Under the pieces are notes generated by a model. The model had not been told where the DNA came from. It was given only the letters and a program-made list of their open reading frames with translations, and searched no databases. This document shows positions 50,407 to 62,248 of a stretch of DNA of 64,000 nt, piece after piece. Position 1 is the stretch's first letter; the number at the start of each line of letters is the position of its first letter. Source of the DNA: Utricularia gibba. Its lineage: Eukaryota; Plantae; Magnoliophyta. The stretch is from the NCBI GenBank assembly GCA_002189035.1, contig NEEC01000008.1:2170001-2234000 (forward strand). The letters run 5' to 3'. The translations under genes were made by a program, and so were the position numbers.

Positions 50407-50617
50407 ACAAGAGAAAGATGCACTTTGAGCTTGCTGCTCCCTCCTCTTCTGCTTTCCCTTTTCAGTCCGTTTCTGTCATCAAGTTCAGAACTTCAGCTCA
50501 AATGCCGAATCTTGCTGCTGCTCCATGGACAAGTGGAAGTTTCCCTCGAGCTTGCTCCGGTCATCTTCTTCTGCATCTCTCTGTTTCCCTCGAGCTTCAG
50601 GTCAAATGCCCAAATCT
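50391..50617 (+). repeat. Degenerate tandem duplication (122 bp and 105 bp units) spanning the TPC1 stop and 3' UTR
   Basis: TGCTGCTGCTCCATG(A/G)ACAAG...GAGCTTGCT occurs at 50391 and 50513. CTTCAG(C/G)TCAAATGCC...AATCT occurs at 50491 and 50595. Confidence 0.8.
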
Positions 50618-50850
50618 CTCTGTAGTGCTACGTTCTTGTGTTGTATTTGTAGTAAGACGGAAATACCCTCGAGAATAAAATTATATTTGAAATTTCAAAA
50701 TTAAAAATAATCTTAAGTACAATAAATGCCATCAGTCTTGAGAAAATGAAGTGATTCAAATAGAAGGCCGAGAAGACTGGGGGGCTCTCTTGGCTTAGAA
50801 AAACCCTTGCCGTGTCTCGGTAGGCGTTTCCAGTAACACATTGCTTGTCG

Positions 50851-52202
50851 ATGGGCGCGTATCGAGCTGACGACGACTACGATTACCTGTTCAAGGTTGT
50901 GTTGATTGGCGATTCCGGCGTCGGCAAATCTAATCTTCTCTCCAGGTTCACTCGGAATGAGTTCAGCTTGGAGTCCAAGTCCACAATCGGAGTTGAGTTT
51001 GCTACGAGGAGCATTCGCGTTGATGAGAAGGTGGTGAAAGCGCAGATTTGGGACACTGCTGGTCAAGAGAGGTACGCTCGTCTTACCAGATCGTGTTCGG
51101 GGGTAAAACTTGGTTAGGTGTAATGCGTGGTTCGGTTTTCTGCTAACTTTTGGCGGTGAATCGAGATCTTCATTTCTGGTTGGGATGATAATGGGATCGC
51201 TGTCTTTAATGCTGTTTCTTGTTTGGTAGCTTTTTATATTAGACTGATTCACGTAGATCTGGGAATGCGGTGGCCCGATCTGAAATTTTTTGACGGTCGG
51301 AATGACCTGATCTGCACAGTTTGAATTGCTAGGGTTGTTCGGATCACCGATATCGTGCACATGAATTTGCCTTGCTGCTTTTCCCATGCTAGATTTGCTG
51401 CATGGTCATGATGGCCATCCCATCCCCCCTGTTGCTTGAATCAGAAAATTACACTTGTTCATATATGAGCTTCTCAATCTAGTTTCTCTAGAACCATTCT
51501 CAGCGAATGAAATTTTCGAGAATCCTAGCATCTGATATCCGTGTCAATCTGCTGTTGTTGATCTTATGCCCATTCAGTGTTCTGCTTGCTTGTTTTCTCT
51601 TCACCAGTGTTTTCTTTTCTTAAAATGTTTTCCACTCATCAATTCGTGACATGAAGCTTGCCGTGGAACAAGGGCTTCTTCAGTTTTTCTGTTCACTGTT
51701 TCCTTTGTGAAACACCCTCTGGTTTCTACCATATGCATATATCTAATCACTGATTCATTCTTTCTGAAGGTATCGTGCGATAACAAGTGCTTACTACCGA
51801 GGAGCTGTGGGTGCGTTGCTGGTCTACGATGTCACACGCCATGTTACATTCGAAAATGTGGAGAGATGGCTCAAGGAGCTCAGGGACCATACCGACTCCA
51901 ACATAGTTATCATGCTCGTGGGAAACAAAGCCGACTTGCGACACCTGCGTGCTGTTTCGACCGAAGACGCCACTGCTTTCGCCGAAAGGGAGAAGACATT
52001 TTTCATGGAAACCTCAGCCCTTGAATCAATGAACGTCGAAAATGCCTTCACCGAAGTGCTCACACAGATTCATCAGATTGTGAGTAAGAAAGCTCTCGAA
52101 GCTAGCGATGATCCCGCATCTTTACCAAAAGGGCAGACCATCAACGTTGGTTCCAAGGATGATGTCTCAGCTCTTAAGAAAGCCGGCTGCTGCTCTACTT
52201 AG
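50851..52202 (+). CDS. RABA1f: Rab11-type small GTPase RabA1 (RABA1f-like)
   Basis: Exons 50851-51071 and 51770-52202. Contains [37 protein letters not shown] and the C-terminal prenylation motif GCCST. Confidence 0.95.
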
Positions 52203-52606
52203 ACACTCCATTTTTCCTGCAATGCCGCGCACCAGACTACACGGTGATGGTCTATTCTCCTTCGCTATCCATATGCTTTCATTTTGGATCCCTTGTTTGT
52301 AATGCCTGTGTTTGATTTATTTTTCTTGGTGGAAGCTGCTTATTCTAGTAGTTGCTCAACTTATCTCATCACTATGAAGCTTGCTGTGTGCTGTTTCTTC
52401 TTCCTTTTCATCAAATTGCATGACTAGAAACTTGAACCAACACATTGCACAAGCCAAGTTGCTGTTCATTACAGAATACAGACAAGGAAATGGATGCAAG
52501 GGTGGTGCCAATGTAACAACCAGAAACCATCTTCAACCAGAAGCAGTAGTCATCGTCAATCTCCTCAAACCAAATACACTAAAGTTTAGGAACGAAGAGC
52601 GTACCG

Positions 52607-53152
52607 TCAACCACTAGAGCTAGGGCGGTTCCCACCTCCAGAAATGGGTCTTCTCTCGAACACCTCAGGCGCGAAGCCTCCAGCGCGGTGAATCGATGCC
52701 GGACGGTGTCCCCTCGGCTCCGGCTTGCGGCCGATTTCGATGCCCTTGGTGGGCTTCTCCTCCCTGGGTACGAACCCCGGCCTCAGATGCGGCGGAACGA
52801 AGCGGTCGGACTTGACGGGAGACGGATTGATCGCGGGGATGGAAATCGGAGGATTTAGGGGAACAGGATCGGGATCCGAAAGCGGCGGTTTCGGTTGGTT
52901 CGGGGAGGAGGCAGATGAAAGAGGAGGAAACTTGTCTCTGGTTTCCGGATTGTTCTGGGCGGAGGGCGATTTGGGAGCTGGACGGCTCAAAACGAGCATG
53001 TTTCCATGGATTCTGGAGTTGGAGAGAAGGGTTTTAGTCTGATTGGGGAAGGATTTGGGTGCGGCGATGGGACTGGTTGCGCCCTCGTTGCTCAGCTTTT
53101 TCTCGAAGATTCCATTGAAGTTGAGAGGGGTGTACTTGTTGCTTCTTGCCAT
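52607..53152 (-). CDS. Uncharacterised conserved Pro-rich plant protein
   Basis: 181-aa intronless ORF from ATG 53152, with plant-conserved blocks NFNGIFEK, HGNMLVLSRP, DRFVPPHLRPGFV and the terminal GNRPSSSG. Confidence 0.75.
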   Translation of the reverse strand: MARSNKYTPLNFNGIFEKKLSNEGATSPIAAPKSFPNQTKTLLSNSRIHGNMLVLSRPAPKSPSAQNNPETRDKFPPLSSASSPNQPKPPLSDPDPVPLNPPISIPAINPSPVKSDRFVPPHLRPGFVPREEKPTKGIEIGRKPEPRGHRPASIHRAGGFAPEVFERRPISGGGNRPSSSG

Positions 53153-54643
53153 CCACCTGCTTCTCCTCCTCCGTCGCCGCCGCCGCCGCCGCCTGTATAA
53201 TTCTTCTTCTCGGGGGGAGGGGAGGCGCCGAGCTCTCTTACCACTTGTTTTCCCCTTTTTAGCCCGGGTTTGTATTTTTGTGCCTGCCTCCAATCCAATC
53301 AGGACGCGCCACGCTCCTAGCCACGTTGAAGATCTATTCTATATTACTAGCGATCGAATTTAATATTACTACAAAAATTAAAATTGTATTTTGTTTGTTT
53401 GGTGTGATCCTTTTCATTTAATCCACATTTTAAAGATTTCTCTTTAAAAATGCATTATTCTTGTTACATTAATTTTCAGATTGGTAAGCAAAATGTCACT
53501 CCTCAGTTCTCCCTTTATTTGAAATTTTAAAAGAAATGTCTTGAAAATGAGAATAATTATTTTGAAAAAATATATAATAAATTTAAAAGTCAAAAAGTTA
53601 GGCTCAAATTATTATGTACATGCTTACATGGCACAGCTAGCAACTGCATCATTTTCCTCTATTACCTAATACCACTTTGACCTTTTTTTGCATTATTTGT
53701 TATTTTTAAAAGGGATTATTTATAGATAAAAAAATGTTTTGATAGAATATTATAATAATAATAATGTAGTTAAAAAAATATGTAATTATTTTATAAATTA
53801 ATTGAATATAATACAAACACACAATTCCTCGTACATAGTAAAACCAACAATGTAATTCAAACATTTTAGATGTACGATTGTTTTACTTGGTATTCTTTTC
53901 AAGCATTTCTCTGTGGGATTGTTTTACTTGGAGCATTCCTCTGATTCGTTTGTATGCATCTTTAAACTCTGATGTGCTTTCCCAGTGGTGTGCACGAGCA
54001 TGGAGTGTGACATAACCACAGACCAGAAAGAGCATCATGTTGGGCCACCATCGAGGAATATGATGTGCAGAGGGCAAATTCAGTTGATCAGAAACTGAGG
54101 TCAGGGATGCCGATCAGCTCCCCTGCATCTGCTCTCGCATTAAACATGGGGTGGTATCAGTTATGACAGACAACATTCCTCTTCGTGTTGCAGCCTGTTT
54201 TTCAGAACCCCATGAACGCCCGAGCTGCGAGGGAATCCTGACTCGCTTGTTGGACTGTGAATTAGCACTTCGCGTACAGGAAAACCAACACAGGGTCTCA
54301 TTTCTTGTACATGGGAAATTTGATATCTACTCCCTCGTACATGTAATTGATTCTCATGATGAGAAACACAAAGCTTTACATTTCATGACCCGCTCGTCTC
54401 TTGGGAAGGCCTGGGGTGCTCCTGTAGCTAAAACATTTGAGACATATTGGGGATTGGTCATTCATTAGCCATCTGAAGCAAGGTTTATTGATGCATGCTC
54501 ATCTCATTGGATACCTTTTTTTGCTTCAGATAATTAAATAGCGCAGAAAATTCAAAGTGCTTTCCCCTGTTTCCGCAGATCACGGACGCTTCTCTCGGCC
54601 TCAATGAAGTCTTGGGGAGGGTCTTGAGGCATCACTTGTGGTG

Positions 54644-56781
54644 CTACATTTTCTGTTGCAAGACTTGGCGCAGCTGAATCTTCCGGTTCTCCACACGAGC
54701 TTCCATCAGTCTGGCCTTCAAGCTATCCTTGACACCACTTCTCGGCCATTCAATGCACCCTTTGGCCTGAATTCCATGATGTTTCCCGGACTCCGGTGAG
54801 CTCATCTGTTCGGAAAAATCGTAAGGGAGGAAACCACCTTTCTTGGGGCCATTTTCCTTCGATGTTGTGGTTTGGTTTGAAAGTCTGGAGGCAGTGTTTC
54901 CATCAACAGATATGATTCTACAGTTGCCCCCATTGGCAGGGCATGACTTCCATATCTTAGATGCTGATGAACCCACGCTAGTATCCATGATGGGTGTCTC
55001 GCGTCTGACGTTGTTCCCCTCCCTGCGAATCCTTGCCCTTGAAGCACTTCTGCCATGGAAACCTTTTCCAGCTGAAGGATCGCTTCTGGAAGGTGAGTAA
55101 CTAGAGCCTCGATCATCCTCAGCTTGACTCACCGTCTCCCATTCACTGGTATCATCATCAAGAGCACCACTTTGGTCAATGTACCCATTGTGTTGGGCTT
55201 GAGTAATGTCGCTGCTAACCTTCTTCACCTCCGGACTCACTGTGTTGTTGGATGCATGGCTTGCAGGACTGTAGCCTACAAATGGTTCTTCTTCGTCTCC
55301 CTTGTGGTGAGATTGAGACTCACCCATAACATTTTCGAAAATGGAGAAGATCTCATCCTGATTTGGAGGCTCATAGTTCAAGTTCCTGACATCATGCATG
55401 TTAACAGATGCAGCAACCTGTTTCAGGAACTGGGCTTTCTTGATCTCCCCTGAATCCACCCTTTGAGCTGTAGAACTCAGGAAACAATCAAGATCAGCTA
55501 TAAGCTGGTTCATCTGGTTGTATTTCTCCTCAAGCATTACCTTGGCATCCACCAATTTCATCTGTACACGCTCCTCGCGCCAAATCTCAGCCATCTGCAG
55601 CATCTTCCTTTCGTCTTCAACTTCCTCCCGCACAAGAACAGTCTCTTGTTTCAGTGCTTCAACTTCCGCCTTGTCTTCTCCAATCTCCTTGGCAAGCTCA
55701 TCACATACTTCCTCTATAAGTTCACGAGACTTCCTCTCCTTCTCATACTCCTGAACGTAGTGCTTCGCTGATAGCTTGACGTTTGTCAACTCATTCACTA
55801 ACTTAGAATTCATCATCTCCAGCCTTTGACGGTTTTTCTTTTCTTGAAGCAGTTCATCTTTCATGTCATGCAATATAACACGCACTTTATCATACTCTCT
55901 GCTCCTCCAGGCAGCCTTCTCTTCGCTGACCTTTTCAAGGAACTGTTTGAGCTTCTTGTTTGAAGATCTGCGCTCAGTTTCAAGATGATTTATTCGGGCT
56001 TTCGCCTGATCGAGCTCTGCCTCAAGAGTGGATATAATAGCAGCAGACCGCTGGTCGCCAGGCTTCGTTCGCTTTATTGGCCCCTCCATTTCTGAGTTTG
56101 GACACTGATACAATGGATCAAACTGCAAGCTCTGCATATTGGAATATAGAAAGAAAAGTGAAGACAATCAGCAAGAAAGTGAATACCTTGAAGCGAGGCC
56201 CTTGTTTTGGACCAGATTCCGAATCCCGGCTGCTCGTTATATTCTTCACCGGAGAAGGATCCCCCATGTTTACAGGATTGCAAGGTGTGTTCTCTCCACC
56301 GTGTCTTCCTCCAACCTGCAGAACAAGGTAAGAACTACAGGTATCATTCAAGGATTGCGAAAAACTAGCCGACACAAGTAGGGATGGTGGCAATGATCTG
56401 TCAAAGGGAAATCTAATCTACCTGAACACCAATCCTTTGATCCTGCACATCAGGCAATTTCATTCGCCAGAGTCCGGCGGCAAGTTTCCTTGCCGACACA
56501 GCAGCCCTAATTCGGCCACCAACACCTTCGCGGGAGTTTTGATGGTCTTCCATGGACTCCTCATTATTCACAATGCGCCCATCAAACTTCCATTTGAGCA
56601 AAGGGGTTTCAGGCCTGCTATATATCCTAGCAGACGGATCCAGAAATTCCCTCCTCACCTTGAACCCACGCCTGGGATTCTTCGTTCTCCGGCGCGGTGG
56701 CTTCTTCGGAGGAAAAGTAGGCCTATTTTCCGGTGGCACCATTTCCTCAACACCATGTCTTTCACTAGAGACTAACTTCAT
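54644..56781 (-). CDS. Long coiled-coil protein (SRPETPLLKWK / VSARKLAAGLW family)
   Basis: Phase-0 exons 56781-56422, 56315-56187 and 56131-54644. The coiled-coil core includes ELCDELAKE-like EVCDELAKEI, RKMLQMAEIWREERVQMKL and the terminal SLKARLMEAR...QLRQVLQQKM. Confidence 0.88.
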
Positions 56782-59000
56782 TGCTATTGCTGCAGAAGAA
56801 CAGAAAAACCTCGGCCCAACTCCTGCGTCCCACGCGGAGGCGCGTGAGCACCCCAACCTCTCAGAGACGGGGGAATGCGATAATTCTCCGTGGTACTTTT
56901 CAGATCAGAACACCATCGAAAATGTAGGGATGTGTGGATTCAGCCGCAGTCAACCTCTCCTCAAGAACACCATCGGAAATCTTGGGGTACAGATTCCCTT
57001 CAACAGGAAAAAGGGATGGGCGCTGCCGAGAATCCAACAAACCGAAACGACGTCGTGGAATATGCGTCTCCCCGACAGTCCCTCTCCCTCTTCTCAGTCC
57101 CCCGCCAGTTGGACCGCTAAACCGCGGCCCAATTGACCACTGCTGCCGCCAATATTTTTTAATTTTTCCCCCATTTTATTTAATAATATCAAACATATCA
57201 AAATATTTTATTTTCTTATATTTATGTTTAATATATTTAAATATTATGATTTTTACATCAAATATAATTTATATGCATGTGTGTCCATATCTCCAAATAA
57301 AAAAATTCACTCAATTAAATTTTTGGAATCTTACACAAATTTTAGTATTTAAAAAACCCTCCACTTGTATGATGAGTGAAATGTGTCACATAAATTCTTA
57401 CTTCACTTTTTTTTGTTAGATATATTGGTATTAATATTAAAATTTTATAATTAGTGTATTCTATGCCATTTTTTTCATGTGTGCATATTATACACATTTA
57501 AATAGAGTTGCAACCTGTTCAGGACCGAAATATTGGAATAGAATTGTAATAAGTTGGAACTATAATAAAGCAAAATATAAAATTTGGTAGATATTAAAAT
57601 AATATGTAAGAAAAATTAATAATAAAAAAACACTTGTGTGCAATTGTGGCACAAATTATTTATAAGAATGAGGTTTTGGATGTTCATATTTTATATTCAT
57701 TACATATGATAGTCTTATAATATGAATTTTGTAATTTGTTTAATATAATTAAATAATTTAAATGCGGTAAGATTAGTAGGCAGATGGTACTGTGTGGCCG
57801 ACATTCGGTGGTTGACTGGCGTCCAAAAAAACCCTAAATTCCAGGTAATGACTGGTATTGCCCTCCTGGGATTTGCATCACTTCTGCAATCAAGTTGTTA
57901 GAAGGAAAGAGATAATCTTGGGCCGTTGGGGCGTTGACGGAGGTAATCTGTTGTTGTGTGGGTAGTATTTTGTATTTTCGCTTTTTATTTTTTATTTTCT
58001 CCTAATTTTTGTTTCGTGCTTGCGCTGGTGCGGTTCTTTTCTTGCTGTCGACGCATGCATGCTTGATGTGCTGTTTGCAAGTGTGAATTTCTGTTCTTTT
58101 TTTTTTCTTGAGGACGGTGTTTGGATTTGTGGGTTTTGTAGTGTTGTGATTTAGGAGTTGCTTCACTGTGACGAATCGTCAGCCTCGTCTGCAAAGGAAT
58201 GAATAGACAAGCAGGAGGCTTCCTTTTTTTAGTTTGGTGGGAATGTTATTCTTCTGAATTTAGACGTATGCGAGGCTGAGTTTGGGCTAACTCGATTCAT
58301 CTTACTAGAAATGGGAGTGTTGGTTACATGACGTTATATATGATAGGTGCGTTCTCCCCTCGCCTATTGTGACAGGCGAATAGCTGTATTTTACCTTTGG
58401 CTTGTGTTGAGATGGGTGATGTATTCAGCAATTGATCATCCAAATATAGTGTCGAGCTTTTGTGAGTTCCTTATCTTTTGATGATCTTTAATTAGGAAGT
58501 GAAGGCGATGGTATTCCTTTTATGCTCGAATAAAGTTAGACAACTTCTCTGTGTCATGCTGTGCACTTTCGAGGATTTCATCAGCTGTTTCCCAAGAAGT
58601 AGCGACCGATTATACTTTTGACAATTTGGTAAAAGTAAAAGAGTGACTAAGATTGAAGTATAGAATCGCTGAAGATTCTTCTTGATGCTGTACGTTTGAA
58701 AGCTTTTCAAATAAATTGCTATGCTCTAGTTTTGTATTGCTGCAATTATCCAGGAGCTTTTTTAAAAAAATTATGCTTCCAAGCTATGTGTCTGCTTCTC
58801 TGGTGTTAAAATGTCGCTACTTGTTTCCTTAATCAGTATGTTGTTAGTTTTGTGCTGTGAGCATTTATCACTCCTTTGTATCCCTGAGAGGTTTATCATA
58901 CAATTTTCTACAGGAATATACAGACATTTCTCTAGCCAGTCTAGCGAAGATCTATGTGATATTTTTCTGCATAGTGATAGTCGTTTTTAAAACTCTCTGA

Positions 59001-60172
59001 ATGAATCCAGTCATTCTACTTGAGACCTCTGGTGGCCCATCAAGTCATCAAGAAAAGCGTAAGCGTGGCCATCCACGGAAGGATACAAGCCTGAAGAACA
59101 ATGAATCCCTTCGTTTAGCATTTGGTTCACAGGATGCTCTTGGAGCTCAATCCATGGTGGGACAACCGGTAGCTGGTTTCATTGAGGCCTCCTTTGATGC
59201 TGGTTTTTTGCTGACTCTTAGAATTGGGAACTCCACTACAAATTTGAGGGGTGTCGTTTTCAAGCCAGAACACTCTGTTCCCATCACACCTGAAAATGAT
59301 GTTGCTCCACACCTTCAAAAGATCGGTGGGGATGTTCTTAGTTTTCTGCCTGAGAATCACAGTTGGACTCGCTATCCAAAACCTGCAATCGTAAAAGCCG
59401 GTACTAAACATGGATCTACAACTACAAATGCTGCTTCTGTCACTTTATTTGACAGCAGAGGTAATGTGGTTTCTATGTCCTTCAAGCTGTTAGTTTTGCA
59501 AGCCGAGTGCCAACTTCCAGTCTAATGCCTGCAGATGCATCCCAAACTACTCATCTGCTTGCTCTTGGAGACAAGGACATACACATGGTCGAGCCACTGT
59601 CTGCTATCCCTCCAAATCGAGCAATGCCAGTCGACCAGAGTTATATTGTGTCACCTCTCCCCACCAACCACCAAGTTTCACAGGGAATCCAGCAGCAGAA
59701 TTCTAATCGAGGCACATCTAGCTTTGGACAGGCAGAGAAGGCCACGCCAATAGTATCATCAGATACCGACAACATGACCTCTCAAGAATCATCTGATGAG
59801 CAATCTGAGAATGGCATTGATGAGGAGTTAGATGTTTCTGGTGATTTAGATTTAGCTCTTGATGTAAAGCAAGAAGCTACCAACTCCAATGAAATATTTC
59901 CTGCTGCGCCTTCCGATACTGCTCCCACAACAAACTTGTTCAGTTACGGAACTGGAAGGATGACTGATCTCTTACAGGTATGAAAAAAAGCAGAAAAGTT
60001 GGACACATTCCTGACAATTACTCCAGAAACTGCCATTTCTGACAGCTGGTTTCAGGCTGTTCAGGAGAACATCAAAGACAAGCAAGTTGAAATTGCTGAG
60101 CAGCGGATACCATCCACTTCCAAAGTTGAGTTCAATGAATTCGGGGCTTCAGCAGCTTATCCTAAGAACTAA
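59001..60172 (+). CDS. AT-hook-type protein (METABOLIC NETWORK MODULATOR 1-like), one frameshift as assembled
   Basis: Contains KRKRGHPRK and MVGQPVAGFIEASFDAGFLLTLRIGNSTTNLRGVVFKP...ENDVAPH. Restoring a G at 59476 gives VVSMVLQAV and joins the two ORFs. There is an intron at 59978-60055 and the last exon AVQEN ends at TAA 60172. Confidence 0.75.
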
Positions 60173-60999
60173 CTCTGTTACTACAGCAAGAAATCCCACA
60201 AACTGCTGGTGATCTTGTAGTTCACGCCGCATATGGCTTTACACACAATTTCGATACCGAAGCTGGGGACCTCTGAAAGCCTGGTTTTACTACACATTGA
60301 TCACCAGGTTAACTCTTTCAGGTATGATAAATTTTCAGTATAGTATAAGTCGTGTAGAATTTAGCTGATCGCAGAAAAAGTATATGTCCTCAACAGACAC
60401 CAGATGGTTGTCTTCTCTGTCAAATAAATTGCAGTTTATTATTCAAATCAGTCATTTCTAACCTTTACTGGATATGTATTACCAAGATTTAGAAGGAACA
60501 TCTGCTGACATGAAATGCCACTTTTGGGTAGATGCATTCATCTTGTATGCAGTAGATACACATTTCCTTACATCCACAATATGCACCATGCAAACAGCAT
60601 CTCTTCTGGTAAGAGCAAGTATCAGTGATTCAGATGCATTTTACAGAGAAGGTGCAATATGCCTGTTGAAAATCTGTGAGTTTGTGTATGATACAACGCA
60701 TACAGTACATCACCCAGCTTGAGTATCAAGACAAGTAGCAACAGAATCCCAACTCGCTGTCAGGACTTTTTTTCCCAAAATCCGTACAAGTCATTCCATA
60801 GAAATGGGCTGAGACCAATATTACCAACATTGGAAGGTGCGTATTGTCATTTTTGCATGTAACAAGATAGCATTTTTAGAACAGAATTAAATGATAAAAT
60901 TCTATGGTTTGTTGTTATTAATGCTGCCTTTGCTCATGAAGCTGGACACTCTTTGAGAGGCACAAGTGTGGCGTTACTACCAACACTTTTGGATCTCCG

Positions 61000-61722
61000 A
61001 TGGCGCCATCGGAGACGGACGACCAGTGCAGGTATGCGGCGTCGTGGGCCGATCGGGTGTGGTTCTCCGCTGGCTGCGGCACCTTATTGATGTCTTTGAG
61101 CAAGGCAGTGAGGGGACTCGCCGCCACGCCGGAAAATCCACTGGTGTGGGCGAAGGTGGCCATGGTGGCAGTACTTGGATACCTTCTCGCGGATTTGGGT
61201 TCCGGTGTGTACCATTGGGCCGTTGACAACTACGGTAGCGGCGAGACCTTGATTTTTGGTGCCCAAATTGAATCTTTTCGGGCCCATCACCAGCGCCCAA
61301 CGGAGATCACCAAAGTGGAGACCGCCGGGATTCTGTCGATACTTGCGGCGGCCGTCACCGTCGCCCTCTTGCCGGTGAACTTATTCTCCAGCGACCCTGT
61401 GTTGCTTCTTTTCTTTGTATCGTTTGGTGGGTGCGGAATGTTTAGCCTCAAGTTTCACGCATGGGCGCACACCCCGAGAAAACGGCTCCCATGGACGGTT
61501 GCGGCTTTGCAGGACTTCGGCATACTTCTGCCGCCGCGGCGCCACTCTGCACACCACCGCCCGCCGTTCAACAGCAACTACTGCACCGTGTGTGGATTTT
61601 GGGATAAGTTACTGGATAAGTGTAACGTCCTCGCCATGGCGGAGTTGGTAGTCTTCCGGTGCACCGGAGTGCGTCCGCGGTCGTGGTCGGAGCCGATCCA
61701 TGGCTGGACTCCTCAGGAATGA
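61000..61722 (+). CDS. FAD4: FAD4-like / TMEM189-family lipid desaturase
   Basis: Contains LLADLGSGVYHWAVDNYG, the His motifs FRAHH, HAWAH and HSAHH, and NYC.V.G.W..LLD; intronless. The exact start is uncertain. Confidence 0.85.
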   Translation: MAPSETDDQCRYAASWADRVWFSAGCGTLLMSLSKAVRGLAATPENPLVWAKVAMVAVLGYLLADLGSGVYHWAVDNYGSGETLIFGAQIESFRAHHQRPTEITKVETAGILSILAAAVTVALLPVNLFSSDPVLLLFFVSFGGCGMFSLKFHAWAHTPRKRLPWTVAALQDFGILLPPRRHSAHHRPPFNSNYCTVCGFWDKLLDKCNVLAMAELVVFRCTGVRPRSWSEPIHGWTPQE

Positions 61723-61725
61723 CAG

Positions 61726-61742
61726 CCCCCCCCCCCCCCCCC
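61726..61742. repeat. Poly-C homopolymer (17 nt) just after the desaturase stop
   Basis: Uninterrupted C run; its length is unreliable given the homopolymer errors elsewhere in the window. Confidence 0.8.
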
Positions 61743-62248
61743 ATTCATTGAGTACTGAAATCCTGATGCTTCAAAATTCCGATGCATTTAATTAATCACC
61801 ATTATGGTTATTAAATAAAATCACTAATAAACCTTCCACGTTTCCTCACGTGCCTGATTATAGTATTTAGATTAGACGCGTGCCAGTGTCGGTGCGACAT
61901 TAATTATCATTTGAAATAAAAACATTAATTAAAACATATTTCTTATAATTTTTTACTTGAAATTTAACACTATGATATTCAAAAACCAATGAGAAAAACC
62001 TAATTCATATATTGTAATAGAAATTTAGATTGAATATTTTTTGAAATATTCGAAATTCCCAGTACATGAAGTTTCGTGGTGTAATGAACTGGGTCGGGTT
62101 CATGGATCCTGTGTCCATGGAATGTGAAAGAGACAAGAAACTACCGATCCATCTCTTTGTGGGTTCGTTCGGGTTCAGCAGACAATCGGATCCTCCACTT
62201 CTGTAGCAACACTTTGTTTGTTACATATGGGAGATGCTTCAAGCGCAA

